UHGV virus genome: UHGV-0259093
Length of the DNA: 32,840 nucleotides
Strand: one strand, 5' to 3'
From: a virus
A model generated the notes under the pieces. The model made no database searches, was not told the origin of the DNA, and saw nothing but the letters and a program-made list of their open reading frames with translations. The translations under genes were made by a program, and so were the position numbers. This document shows positions 1 through 13,369 of the stretch, one piece after another. Positions within the stretch are counted from its first letter, which is position 1. Each line of letters starts with the position of its first letter.

Positions 1-514
<514 letters not shown>

Positions 515-516
515 AT

Positions 517-546
517 AAAAAAGCCCGTATTCGGCTACGGGCTTTT
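517..546. terminator. bidirectional rho-independent terminator between convergent genes
   Basis: Perfect 8-bp stem agcccgta (522-529) / tacgggct (536-543) with 6-nt loop, flanked by an A-run upstream and T-run downstream. Confidence 0.6.
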
Positions 547-548
547 AT

Positions 549-1289
549 TCATTTATTTGATTCGAAGATATCGAAAATTGATGAATCATTGATATTTAAA
601 TTCTCAAACTCATTGTGTAAATCTTCTTTTAGCCTGATGATTTCACTAGAAAGGTCATAAGCTATAGATACATGTGGATTGTCAGTCAAATTCCATGTTA
701 AATCCTCAAACTCTTTAACTTCATTGTCATTTATAGTAATACCCCAATAACCCATTATTATAGTTAGAAGGGTGATAAGTTCTGTTTGTTTAGAATTAAT
801 TTGTTCAAACTGCTTTAAGATTTTTGAAAAACTATCTTTATTATGAGGTTTAACACTCCATCCCAAAATTTTCAATTTACTATATTCGCTAATCAAATCT
901 CTATAGTTTTTTGAAGATAACCCTATTACACTATCAAAAGATTTAATAAGACCATGCATAACTTTAACTTGTGTAAAACGCACCGACTTTGTATCGATTA
1001 AACAACATAACCATCTATTAAATGTATTTTCTAATATTGTAATTGTGAATTGCTTTTGTGTATTAGGTAAATGTGTAGATAAAATATTTGAAGAATGTTC
1101 AATAGCTAATTCTTGAGTAGCATCTCTTTTCCAGTTTTTAGCAATCAAAAAACCTTTATATGCAACAAAAGCCATAAAAATATTTGCTATTGATGAAAGC
1201 CAGTCGGCAAGACTTCCAATATCAGAATGGGTTCCATATAAAATTAAAACTGATATAAAACCTAAAATCACATAAGGAATCTTTTTCAT
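549..1289 (-). CDS. two-TM membrane protein of unknown function, paralog A of the 26318-27028 protein
   Basis: N-terminal hydrophobic helix (YVILGFISVLILY), then DIGSLADWLSSIANIFMAFVAY, nearly identical to DLGSLADWISSVSAIGTLGVAWLAY in ORF 26318-27028. C-terminal ~170 aa soluble. Confidence 0.7.
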   Translation of the reverse strand: MKKIPYVILGFISVLILYGTHSDIGSLADWLSSIANIFMAFVAYKGFLIAKNWKRDATQELAIEHSSNILSTHLPNTQKQFTITILENTFNRWLCCLIDTKSVRFTQVKVMHGLIKSFDSVIGLSSKNYRDLISEYSKLKILGWSVKPHNKDSFSKILKQFEQINSKQTELITLLTIIMGYWGITINDNEVKEFEDLTWNLTDNPHVSIAYDLSSEIIRLKEDLHNEFENLNINDSSIFDIFESNK

Positions 1290-1300
1290 GAATCCATCTC

Positions 1301-1329
1301 ATAGTAAAAAAAACAATGTTAAATCACAA
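1301..1329 (-). promoter_or_regulatory. candidate sigma70-like promoter for the 549-1289 gene
   Basis: On the minus strand, TTGTGA (plus 1324-1329), 17-nt spacer, TACTAT (plus 1301-1306), about 12 nt upstream of the ATG at 1289. Implies a very short leader. Confidence 0.25.
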
Positions 1330-1349
1330 TCTGCGACTATACAACAAAA

Positions 1350-1643
1350 TTAGCTTCCACCGACCATAATCAAAAGCACCTGTAAAAGTTGCCCTAGCGG
1401 TACTTGGATTACTGCGATACCGAACGCATCCAGTACAGGTACTATAATCCAGTTATAGAGAATGATTAGTGTCAGTACAAAACCTAGTGCATTACGCCAG
1501 TGAAATGATGCTCTTTCAATCTCTTCTTTGTTTACTTCTATTTGCCCTTCGGCGTTAGTTTTCTGTGCTTCTTTTTCAACTGTTTTTTTCTTTATGAAAA
1601 AATCCATACCAGATTTTATTAGTTCTACTAAGATACTAATCAC
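1350..1643 (-). CDS. small membrane protein, holin-like
   Basis: 97 aa with a charged N-terminal half and two hydrophobic segments in the C-terminal half (ALGFVLTLIILYNWIIVPVL, LGQLLQVLLIMVGG). Assignment as holin is by size and topology only. Confidence 0.4.
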   Translation of the reverse strand: MISILVELIKSGMDFFIKKKTVEKEAQKTNAEGQIEVNKEEIERASFHWRNALGFVLTLIILYNWIIVPVLDAFGIAVIQVPLGQLLQVLLIMVGGS

Positions 1644-1960
1644 GGTTTTACTCCTACTACGTATTGATAGAATTTCTTACCCTTAACACTAAGCATATGG
1701 GAATCAAGTAGTACAACTTCAAAAGGAATACTGTTGTATACCCATTCTAATGTATCTCCATCATTCCACTGTGTTTGGCGATAGCTAAAGACAATATTCA
1801 TATACGTCTTAGTATCTGGTGCTAGGGTTTTAATCTTCTTTTTGATTTTTTTATTATCTAACTGGAATAGATCAAACTGATAGGAGTTACCAAAAGGTTG
1901 TACTCCATCTAATGTAATCTTATCCACTTCTTCCCCATAGTGATGTTCTTCTAAATTCAT
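1640..1960 (-). CDS. hypothetical protein
   Basis: 106-aa ORF, 4-nt overlap with the downstream gene (operon-like packing). No motif recognised. Confidence 0.5.
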   Translation of the reverse strand: MNLEEHHYGEEVDKITLDGVQPFGNSYQFDLFQLDNKKIKKKIKTLAPDTKTYMNIVFSYRQTQWNDGDTLEWVYNSIPFEVVLLDSHMLSVKGKKFYQYVVGVKP

Positions 1961-1963
1961 AAC

Positions 1964-3466
<1,503 letters not shown>

Positions 3467-3468
3467 GA

Positions 3469-3498
3469 AAAGGGGCATTTTAAGCCCCTTTATTTTTT
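3469..3498 (+). terminator. rho-independent terminator after the endolysin
   Basis: Stem aaaggggc (3469-3476) / gccccttt (3484-3491), 7-nt loop, followed by a run of T. Confidence 0.6.
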
Positions 3499-3755
3499 TC
3501 AAGAATCGCTAATACGCGTTCTAATTTCACATCAACAATATGAATTTTAGAGCTTAGATCTTTAAGGCTACTCTCTAAATCATCTTGCCCTTTCTCCAGT
3601 CTCGCTACATCAGTTTTAACGTGTGTTAAATCTGATTCTAATTTAGCTAAACGAGAAGAAAGATCTTCTACATCGGCGGTTTTATCACGGAATATACTCC
3701 ATAAAAAACCACCTGCGGCAATTACCACCGCTGCGATACTCTCCCATCCTGTCAT
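3480..3755 (-). CDS. N-terminally membrane-anchored coiled-coil protein (holin or spanin-like candidate)
   Basis: 91 aa. IAAVVIAAGGFLWSIF hydrophobic helix, then heptad-like LAKLESDLTHVKTDVARLEKGQDDLESSLKDL. Last gene of the minus-strand tail operon. Confidence 0.45.
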   Translation of the reverse strand: MTGWESIAAVVIAAGGFLWSIFRDKTADVEDLSSRLAKLESDLTHVKTDVARLEKGQDDLESSLKDLSSKIHIVDVKLERVLAILEKNKGA

Positions 3756-3804
3756 TTATTATCCTTAATATAGTTATTGTAGTTACTATTATTTATTTTA
3801 GTTA

Positions 3805-4452
3805 CTAATAACCAGTAAATGAGGCTAACGCTATTTGTACTTGTGCTGAACCCATAGCCTGTGTATATGACATTTGATATCTATTTACATATTGAAGAGT
3901 GAAAGAAGTAGAGCTATTACGCTTAATCAAAATTCCAGAATAACCCGTTACCGTACCATCATCAGACACGTTACCCACACATTGAGAAATGCAAATCCAC
4001 GGATCAGCAAATGGTGATGTAACTGTAAGGGCTGTGCCTAAGTCGTGCCCTGCTGGAATAGTAAAGAAACCGCGTACACGTGGCATAGTACCAGCACTTG
4101 CCGCTGACCAGATAAGAGTACCAGCACTATTACGTACATCGAGATACCCAGAAGTTAAGGCCGCTGTATTGTTGGATAGCATAAAACGCCCTGTACCCGC
4201 TTCATAGAGCTGTGCACCGGGAAAGCAGTACCTACCATTACTTTGTAGTTGAAACCAGCGTAGGCCGTTTGCAGTGAAGAAATTAGCCCCTAAAAACCCT
4301 AGTGTAGAGCCATTACCAAAAGATGAGTTAATTAGATAGTACCCTGTATCGCTTAGAGTACCCATAGCTTTTACTTGAGATGATACCGTAGCTCTATTAT
4401 CTGAATCGATTGTTAATTTACCTGCATCATTATAACATTGAAAACCTGACAT
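3805..4452 (-). CDS. Gly/Ser/Thr-rich distal tail or receptor-binding-associated protein
   Basis: 215 aa. N-terminus MSGFQCYNDAGKLTIDSD is paralogous to the N-terminus of the upstream 97-aa protein. Location immediately downstream of the J-like gene. Confidence 0.5.
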   Translation of the reverse strand: MSGFQCYNDAGKLTIDSDNRATVSSQVKAMGTLSDTGYYLINSSFGNGSTLGFLGANFFTANGLRWFQLQSNGRYCFPGAQLYEAGTGRFMLSNNTAALTSGYLDVRNSAGTLIWSAASAGTMPRVRGFFTIPAGHDLGTALTVTSPFADPWICISQCVGNVSDDGTVTGYSGILIKRNSSTSFTLQYVNRYQMSYTQAMGSAQVQIALASFTGY

Positions 4453-4460
4453 ATATTCCT

Positions 4461-4754
4461 TTACTCAAAAGCATACAATTCAAACGATAGAGTACGTGCG
4501 GATATACCACCTGTGGGGGTATAGCGTACTGAAAAGCTATTAGTTTGAGGTACACAATAAAACTCACTAAAATTATTTGTTACTGGGATAATTAGCCAAC
4601 CTGTAGGACGTACACCCGTAAAATTAACTGTCCATACGTTTGTAGTACCTGCTGCAATTGCTAATGAAGCCGTACCCATAAAACGCATATTGTAATCACC
4701 TAGATCTACTACAAGCCTACCGGATGCATCCCAGCATTGTAGACCTTGTGCCAT
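4461..4754 (-). CDS. small tail-associated protein sharing an N-terminal motif with the 3805-4452 protein
   Basis: MAQGLQCWDASGRLVVDL versus MSGFQCYNDAGKLTIDSD in the next gene. Confidence 0.5.
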   Translation of the reverse strand: MAQGLQCWDASGRLVVDLGDYNMRFMGTASLAIAAGTTNVWTVNFTGVRPTGWLIIPVTNNFSEFYCVPQTNSFSVRYTPTGGISARTLSFELYAFE

Positions 4755-4929
4755 TATTCACCACCCTGTGTATTATCGTTCTGTACTAATAGTTTGGGTA
4801 GGTCATCCCATGAATGATTACCAGACTTAAGAATTAAAAACCCTTCGGCCTCTGCCATTTCTACATCGTCTGCTGTGAGCATTAAGCCCATAATCTGACC
4901 TTCTGAATTATAGATAAAATTGTACATTT
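4755..4929 (-). CDS. small hypothetical protein (57 aa, below the ORF-track cutoff)
   Basis: My translation MYNFIYNSEGQIMGLMLTADDVEMAEAEGFLILKSGNHSWDDLPKLLVQNDNTQGGE. RBS taggag upstream of ATG at 4929. Stop abuts the ATG of the next gene. Confidence 0.35.
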
Positions 4930-4980
4930 AAATATCTCCTAAAATAAAATGGGGAAGGTTAATCTCCTCCCCATTATTTA

Positions 4981-8671
<3,691 letters not shown>

Positions 8672-9295
8672 CTACTTCATTTTCCATTCTTGGTTTGCTT
8701 GGTTTACCTGTCCTAGTAAACTCATAAATTCATCTCCCGGATAATAAGACTGATAGACACTATTACTTGCAATAGTACGTGTCTGTACGTCTAACTTCTG
8801 GAATATACTGTTTATATTTACTGTAAGTTCGGTTGTTTTATTATTGGGATCTGCTACTGCTTGGCAATAGTCAATATACCCGCTAAACATTAACATTTGA
8901 TAAATCGGTGTGGTTGTATAGGGATCAAGGATAACCATAATGATATTTACTTTAGCCTTGAATAGACCACCCGATAGAGCTAACATCTGTACACTATTAT
9001 CAATATTACTTACTTTGAAGTTGATAGAGTTATTGCTAATTCCCTTTTCTTCATTAAATGCTGGTAGTGAGTCCTGAATAATATCAGGGAATGATTGATA
9101 GACTACGCTATTAAGTTCTAAGTTTTTAAATGCATCAGTCCAGTGAATACCATTTTGATTACGGGGGAATACATCAAAACACGTTACATGCTGCCCTAAA
9201 CTCATTACTTCTTGAATGGTTAATTCTGTCCTATTACCACCTCTTGTAAGATTCCAGTACTTAAGTAGATTTGGATTAGTTAGTAAATCATCCAT
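8672..9295 (-). CDS. minor tail protein (lambda gpL position)
   Basis: 207-aa ORF; assignment by synteny only. Confidence 0.45.
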   Translation of the reverse strand: MDDLLTNPNLLKYWNLTRGGNRTELTIQEVMSLGQHVTCFDVFPRNQNGIHWTDAFKNLELNSVVYQSFPDIIQDSLPAFNEEKGISNNSINFKVSNIDNSVQMLALSGGLFKAKVNIIMVILDPYTTTPIYQMLMFSGYIDYCQAVADPNNKTTELTVNINSIFQKLDVQTRTIASNSVYQSYYPGDEFMSLLGQVNQANQEWKMK

Positions 9296-9296
9296 A

Positions 9297-9848
9297 TTAT
9301 AGATTCTCCGTTGCCTTTAGTTTTAGTGTTACTACATTCGTGATAGGCGTCTTATATTCGTTATCTGCATCTAATACGGCGGTAAGTTGAATATTATTGT
9401 ACTTAATGATTTCCCCTGCCTGTACGCTGGAACGTAGAGCCGGGAATACAGTAATAGAAGTATTAGTACGGTCGATAATGCGATAGATTTTAGTATGATT
9501 GGTGAATTGAACCATATCACCCACACCTAGTAACTGTGAGTTAGTTGTGATTTGGATTGATCCCGCTGCTACTGCGTTTGTACTGGATACTGCACCAGTT
9601 TGTGTACCTGTGTATTTTGATAGGTGTCCTAAGTCCATAGGGAAAGGCTTACCTAGTGAATATGTAGAAATGAAATTATCCACTTGGCGACGGTCTTTAA
9701 TGTTATATGTTAGTGTAAATTCAACTTCATAGTATTGAATACCCGTTGCACGTTGTAACTTTTGCCCCGTCCATGATTGGTGTTCATACATTGGCTGTAC
9801 GCTATTTAAAGTAACACCAGATACTTTAATTGCATTTGTAAAATTCAT
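9297..9848 (-). CDS. minor or distal tail protein (lambda gpM position)
   Basis: 183-aa ORF immediately downstream of the tape measure gene; synteny only. Confidence 0.45.
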   Translation of the reverse strand: MNFTNAIKVSGVTLNSVQPMYEHQSWTGQKLQRATGIQYYEVEFTLTYNIKDRRQVDNFISTYSLGKPFPMDLGHLSKYTGTQTGAVSSTNAVAAGSIQITTNSQLLGVGDMVQFTNHTKIYRIIDRTNTSITVFPALRSSVQAGEIIKYNNIQLTAVLDADNEYKTPITNVVTLKLKATENL

Positions 9849-9885
9849 ATATATTTCCTCTTGGGTTGTATGATGTATTTATATA

Positions 9886-9910
9886 AGAAAAGGGGCATAA
9901 CGCCCCCTTT
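9886..9910 (-). terminator. hairpin, possible attenuator or terminator after the tape measure gene
   Basis: aaaggggc ataa cgcccccttt hairpin. Shares the 16-nt string ataagaaaaggggcat with the endolysin terminator at 3463-3478. T-richness after the stem on the minus strand is modest. Confidence 0.35.
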
Positions 9911-9913
9911 CAA

Positions 9914-12097
9914 TTATGAGTTTCTTCTCTGAGAATCACGTACAGCCTGTACAACACTGTTTTGATATTTCTTTAGATTAGCCTGAAATTGTTTATCATC
10001 GCTCATGCCGTAGTTATACATAGGGGCATTTACGATAATATCGCCACCACCAGTACCGTTACCGTTGCTATCTTGATTATCTAAGAATTGAGTTAGTTTC
10101 TTATTAGCCTCTGGTTGTACTACACGTTCACCCGCTTTAAGTACAAATGACTTATCATTATAGCTTGCAGGAAGGTTATCTACGCCGCCGTGGAATTGAC
10201 CGCTATTAGATGCACCTTTTGCTGTACTGATAATACTCATACCCATACCTGCAATCTGTGCATATGCCGCTAGGTTCTGTGGGAAACCTAAAGATAGTGC
10301 ACTTGCTAACGCCTCTTGAATCTTCATAATGGTCATAGAGATGGTAATACCCTTCTGTACTGCATAGAACGCCTGAGCCGCCCCGGATGACTCACCAAAA
10401 GCCGCCGCCATACCATCACCGATCTGTGTCATTGCAGATTCAGAAGTAGATAGAATATTCATGTACTCTTGATTCTGAATCTGTAGTGCTTTAGTTGCGT
10501 ACTGTGCTGTAATTGCCGCCTTACGCTTTTCAAAAGATTCTTTATCCTGAATTAGCAATTCATTCTGTTTTAGAATTGCATCTCTTTCTTCTTGCATACG
10601 TTCCATATCGTAAGAAGTGGTATCAAGTCCTAAAGATTGATCAAGTTGATTTCCTAAGTAATTAGACTGTTGTTTATTTAGATCACCGTTCGCAAGTAAA
10701 GCATTTTGATCTAGTGTCTGTTGGTTAGGGTTACTATAACCAATCATCTGATTGATCATATTAAGTCTACCCGCCGCCCCTGCTGTTAGTTGGTCGTTTA
10801 GTAATTCCTGTAGTTTTACATCAGATAAGCCTAATGTTTTTGCACTCTTCTTAATTACGTTTACGATTTCGTTTTGCTGGCGTTTGAATTCTGCTAACTG
10901 ACGTTCATTAGTACCTTCAGTCTGATCTACAAGTACCTTATCTAATGCGGCCTGTGCTGCAATGCGTTGTTGTGCTGCTTTAGCCTGTTCGCTGGCTGCT
11001 GCTTTAGCCGCTGCCGCTGCTGCCTTAGCTGCTTTCTCTGCGGCCTTTTTAGGATCTTCTAATGGTGTCCATGCTGCGTTACCACGTGGGTTAGTTACTG
11101 TGGCTTTACCAGTTGGTAAATTACTATTCAGTACAGGCATGTTATTTTTATTCTTTTCGGCGTTAGCTTGATCAATTAATGCAAGTGCATCATCACCTAA
11201 GCCAAAACCTAAGCCCATTGATTTTAGAAGTTTACTAAAGCTGGCTGCTCGGTTCATTTGAGTTTCCCAAAATCCCTTTGCTGTATCACCTTCTTTCATT
11301 GCTGCAATGAATTCATTAGTAGCAGATACAATAGGGTTTAATGTTTCAATCAAATATTCCTGGCCTGTATCCAGTAGAGTACGTAGATTATTATCGAATT
11401 CTTCATAGGCTTTAGCTTGATCTTCACTAACTGCTACAGTTTGTTTTTTAATATTCGCCATTGCTTCAGAGTAACTATTAAATTCACTGAGTACTCCAGT
11501 TAGACGGGAACCATTACTAGCTACTGCTTCCATTGCATAGGTTATTTCTGCTTGTGTTTTTCCTGCATCTCTCATTTTATAATAGAGATCTACCATTGCT
11601 TCAATACCGCCATTGGCTTTACCTACATATTTTGTAAAGTCATTAACGTTTAAACCCATCTCTTTTACGACGGTAATAAACTCACCTGTACCCGCTGCGT
11701 ACCCCTCACCCATTTTATCGGATGTATCTTGCGAAATATCCGCTAGACCTTCTGCATCTATACCAGTTTGTCTAAATGCCTTTTGTAGTTTCTGTAGGTC
11801 GGTTACTGATATACCAGATCGTGTAGAAAGTTGATTTAATTCACGTACTAACCCGTTAACCTTAAGTACAAGTGCACCTACTGCCGTTCCTGCACCTAGT
11901 GCTACTGCGGAAATACCACCGATACCCGTTGAAAGTTTCCCGAATACTTGAGAAGTATTAGATGCAAAACCACCTAATGATCCCCCGGCTTTTTTACCGA
12001 ATGCATCTACTCTTTGTTCTGCCTGTTGTAGTGCTTTAGATAGTCCTGTACTGTCACCATCTATTTCTACTTTAATTTTTTCGTTCTTCCTTGCCAT
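9914..12097 (-). CDS. tail tape measure protein
   Basis: 727 aa, largely alpha-helical and Ala/Gln/Lys-rich with poly-Ala stretch (AAEKAAKAAAAAAKAAASEQAKAAQQ). Located directly after the frameshifted chaperone pair. Confidence 0.85.
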   Translation of the reverse strand: MARKNEKIKVEIDGDSTGLSKALQQAEQRVDAFGKKAGGSLGGFASNTSQVFGKLSTGIGGISAVALGAGTAVGALVLKVNGLVRELNQLSTRSGISVTDLQKLQKAFRQTGIDAEGLADISQDTSDKMGEGYAAGTGEFITVVKEMGLNVNDFTKYVGKANGGIEAMVDLYYKMRDAGKTQAEITYAMEAVASNGSRLTGVLSEFNSYSEAMANIKKQTVAVSEDQAKAYEEFDNNLRTLLDTGQEYLIETLNPIVSATNEFIAAMKEGDTAKGFWETQMNRAASFSKLLKSMGLGFGLGDDALALIDQANAEKNKNNMPVLNSNLPTGKATVTNPRGNAAWTPLEDPKKAAEKAAKAAAAAAKAAASEQAKAAQQRIAAQAALDKVLVDQTEGTNERQLAEFKRQQNEIVNVIKKSAKTLGLSDVKLQELLNDQLTAGAAGRLNMINQMIGYSNPNQQTLDQNALLANGDLNKQQSNYLGNQLDQSLGLDTTSYDMERMQEERDAILKQNELLIQDKESFEKRKAAITAQYATKALQIQNQEYMNILSTSESAMTQIGDGMAAAFGESSGAAQAFYAVQKGITISMTIMKIQEALASALSLGFPQNLAAYAQIAGMGMSIISTAKGASNSGQFHGGVDNLPASYNDKSFVLKAGERVVQPEANKKLTQFLDNQDSNGNGTGGGDIIVNAPMYNYGMSDDKQFQANLKKYQNSVVQAVRDSQRRNS

Positions 12098-12432
12098 TAC
12101 TTTTTACCCTTTTTAATAGCCATGTTTTTAATCATCTCCCCAATAGAATTAATCTCCTGAGCTTGATTATTAATTTTTTGTTGTTCCCTTTTTAATCTAC
12201 GCTCTTTTGTAGTTAGAGAATCATCGAGCATATCCATGAAATCAAAATCACTGTACTTAAGGGTTTTCTTATAATTGGCTGGTAAGTTTGGATTGTACAT
12301 AGCCATTAGATAACAAGTATGAGTATGATAAAGCATATCCATTTTTTCTTGCTTACTACTCATACAAGATTTATAAACTTCTAATGCTTGGAATAAATCA
12401 GGATCTATATTCTCCATTTCGTCAATACTCAT
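12097..12432 (-). CDS. T portion of the tail assembly chaperone G-T frameshift product
   Basis: The reading frame of this ORF stays open upstream of its ATG through to the slippery site at 12486-12492 (no stop in any of the 20 codons I checked). It is in the -1 frame relative to the 12483-12782 ORF. Confidence 0.55.
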   Translation of the reverse strand: MSIDEMENIDPDLFQALEVYKSCMSSKQEKMDMLYHTHTCYLMAMYNPNLPANYKKTLKYSDFDFMDMLDDSLTTKERRLKREQQKINNQAQEINSIGEMIKNMAIKKGKK

Positions 12433-12482
12433 ACCCCTAGTACAGATAAGATCTAGATATGTGCGTAGTTCGTGATCCTCAA

Positions 12483-12782
12483 TTATTTTTTTTCGATTTC
12501 GTCCACTACATCAGATTCTTTATATAGATCCATAATAGCCATATATATTTTTGCTACTACTTCAGAATCGAGTACATTTAGGTTTACACGACCTTCAATA
12601 TCTTCAGTACTGAAAATTGGATCACCGATTTCATCACAAGTACATACGGATACGCATTCCATAGGATCGGTTAGTTTAGAAATATCTTTTGCACGTGCAC
12701 GGTGAATATATAGATCAATACCTTCAATACTATAAGTGTGTTTCTTTGGTGCTAGTTTGTTTAATACATCCTGTAGGTTCAT
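12483..12782 (-). CDS. tail assembly chaperone (lambda gpG equivalent)
   Basis: 99-aa acidic protein directly upstream of the tape measure gene, ending in GAA AAA AAA TAA. Confidence 0.6.
   Translation of the reverse strand: MNLQDVLNKLAPKKHTYSIEGIDLYIHRARAKDISKLTDPMECVSVCTCDEIGDPIFSTEDIEGRVNLNVLDSEVVAKIYMAIMDLYKESDVVDEIEKK
12486..12492 (-). other. programmed -1 ribosomal frameshift slippery heptamer A_AAA_AAA
   Basis: Minus-strand mRNA reads G AAA AAA A TAA (plus strand 12483-12494 ttattttttttc). Heptamer is in X_XXY_YYZ register with the G frame and sits immediately before its stop. Confidence 0.5.
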
Positions 12783-12844
12783 TATAATTTCCTTTTATTA
12801 TTGTAAAAAAATAGGGCGATAGAAAATACTATCACCCTTATTTA

Positions 12845-13303
12845 TTATTCTTTTGGTAGTAAACCAGATTCGATAGCTGCACCATCAACCGCTAGATTAA
12901 ACGATTTGGTAACTACTGCGTCTTTATCACCAGCGATAGTTGTAGAACTAACGAAACATGTATAGACAACATAGCAGCCTGTAGTTTCAGTAGCGTCTGT
13001 GTAGTAACTTAGACGAATCTGACAACGCTTCTGCTCATCTGCTAGTGTTTCTAGCAATTGGTGTGTCTCGTTATCTGGAAGATAGTTAACTTGTAGTTCA
13101 ATATCTGGAATTGATTTAGTACCTAATAGTTTACGGTTATAAGCACTATTGAATGTGACTACATCGATTACAACTGATTCAAAACCTGAAGTAGTGAAAG
13201 AGGCAACTTCTGGTACTTCTTTAAAGTCAGTAGCTAGGGTAGTACCCGCACTTGTACCTACTTCAACTTTTAAATTAGCACCTGAAAAGATATCCATTGG
13301 CAT
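12845..13303 (-). CDS. putative major tail tube protein
   Basis: 152 aa, positioned immediately upstream of the chaperone pair as in lambda V-G-GT-H order. About one third identical to the N-terminal ~150 aa of the 13370-16396 fiber. Confidence 0.45.
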   Translation of the reverse strand: MPMDIFSGANLKVEVGTSAGTTLATDFKEVPEVASFTTSGFESVVIDVVTFNSAYNRKLLGTKSIPDIELQVNYLPDNETHQLLETLADEQKRCQIRLSYYTDATETTGCYVVYTCFVSSTTIAGDKDAVVTKSFNLAVDGAAIESGLLPKE

Positions 13304-13369
13304 TTTTATATTTCCTTATATAAGTTTATTTCTAGTAGGGCAAGAATCCTTTCTTACCCTACGTTGTAT

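Noticed and set aside
3480-3755. Calling the 91-aa anchored coiled-coil protein an inner-membrane spanin
   Set aside because: No partner outer-membrane lipoprotein ORF (lipobox with Cys) was found adjacent or embedded, and the protein is shorter than typical inner-membrane spanins; left as a generic membrane protein.
10960-11060. Apparent tandem repeat gctgctgc / gccgctgcc in the tape measure gene
   Set aside because: Explained by the poly-Ala/Lys coding stretch; it is codon-level low complexity, not a repeat element or CRISPR array.
10962-11834. Plus-strand ORFs 10962-11171 and 11613-11834 inside the tape measure gene
   Set aside because: Antisense to the tape measure coding sequence; the poly-Ala content mirrors the Ala-rich tape measure codons.
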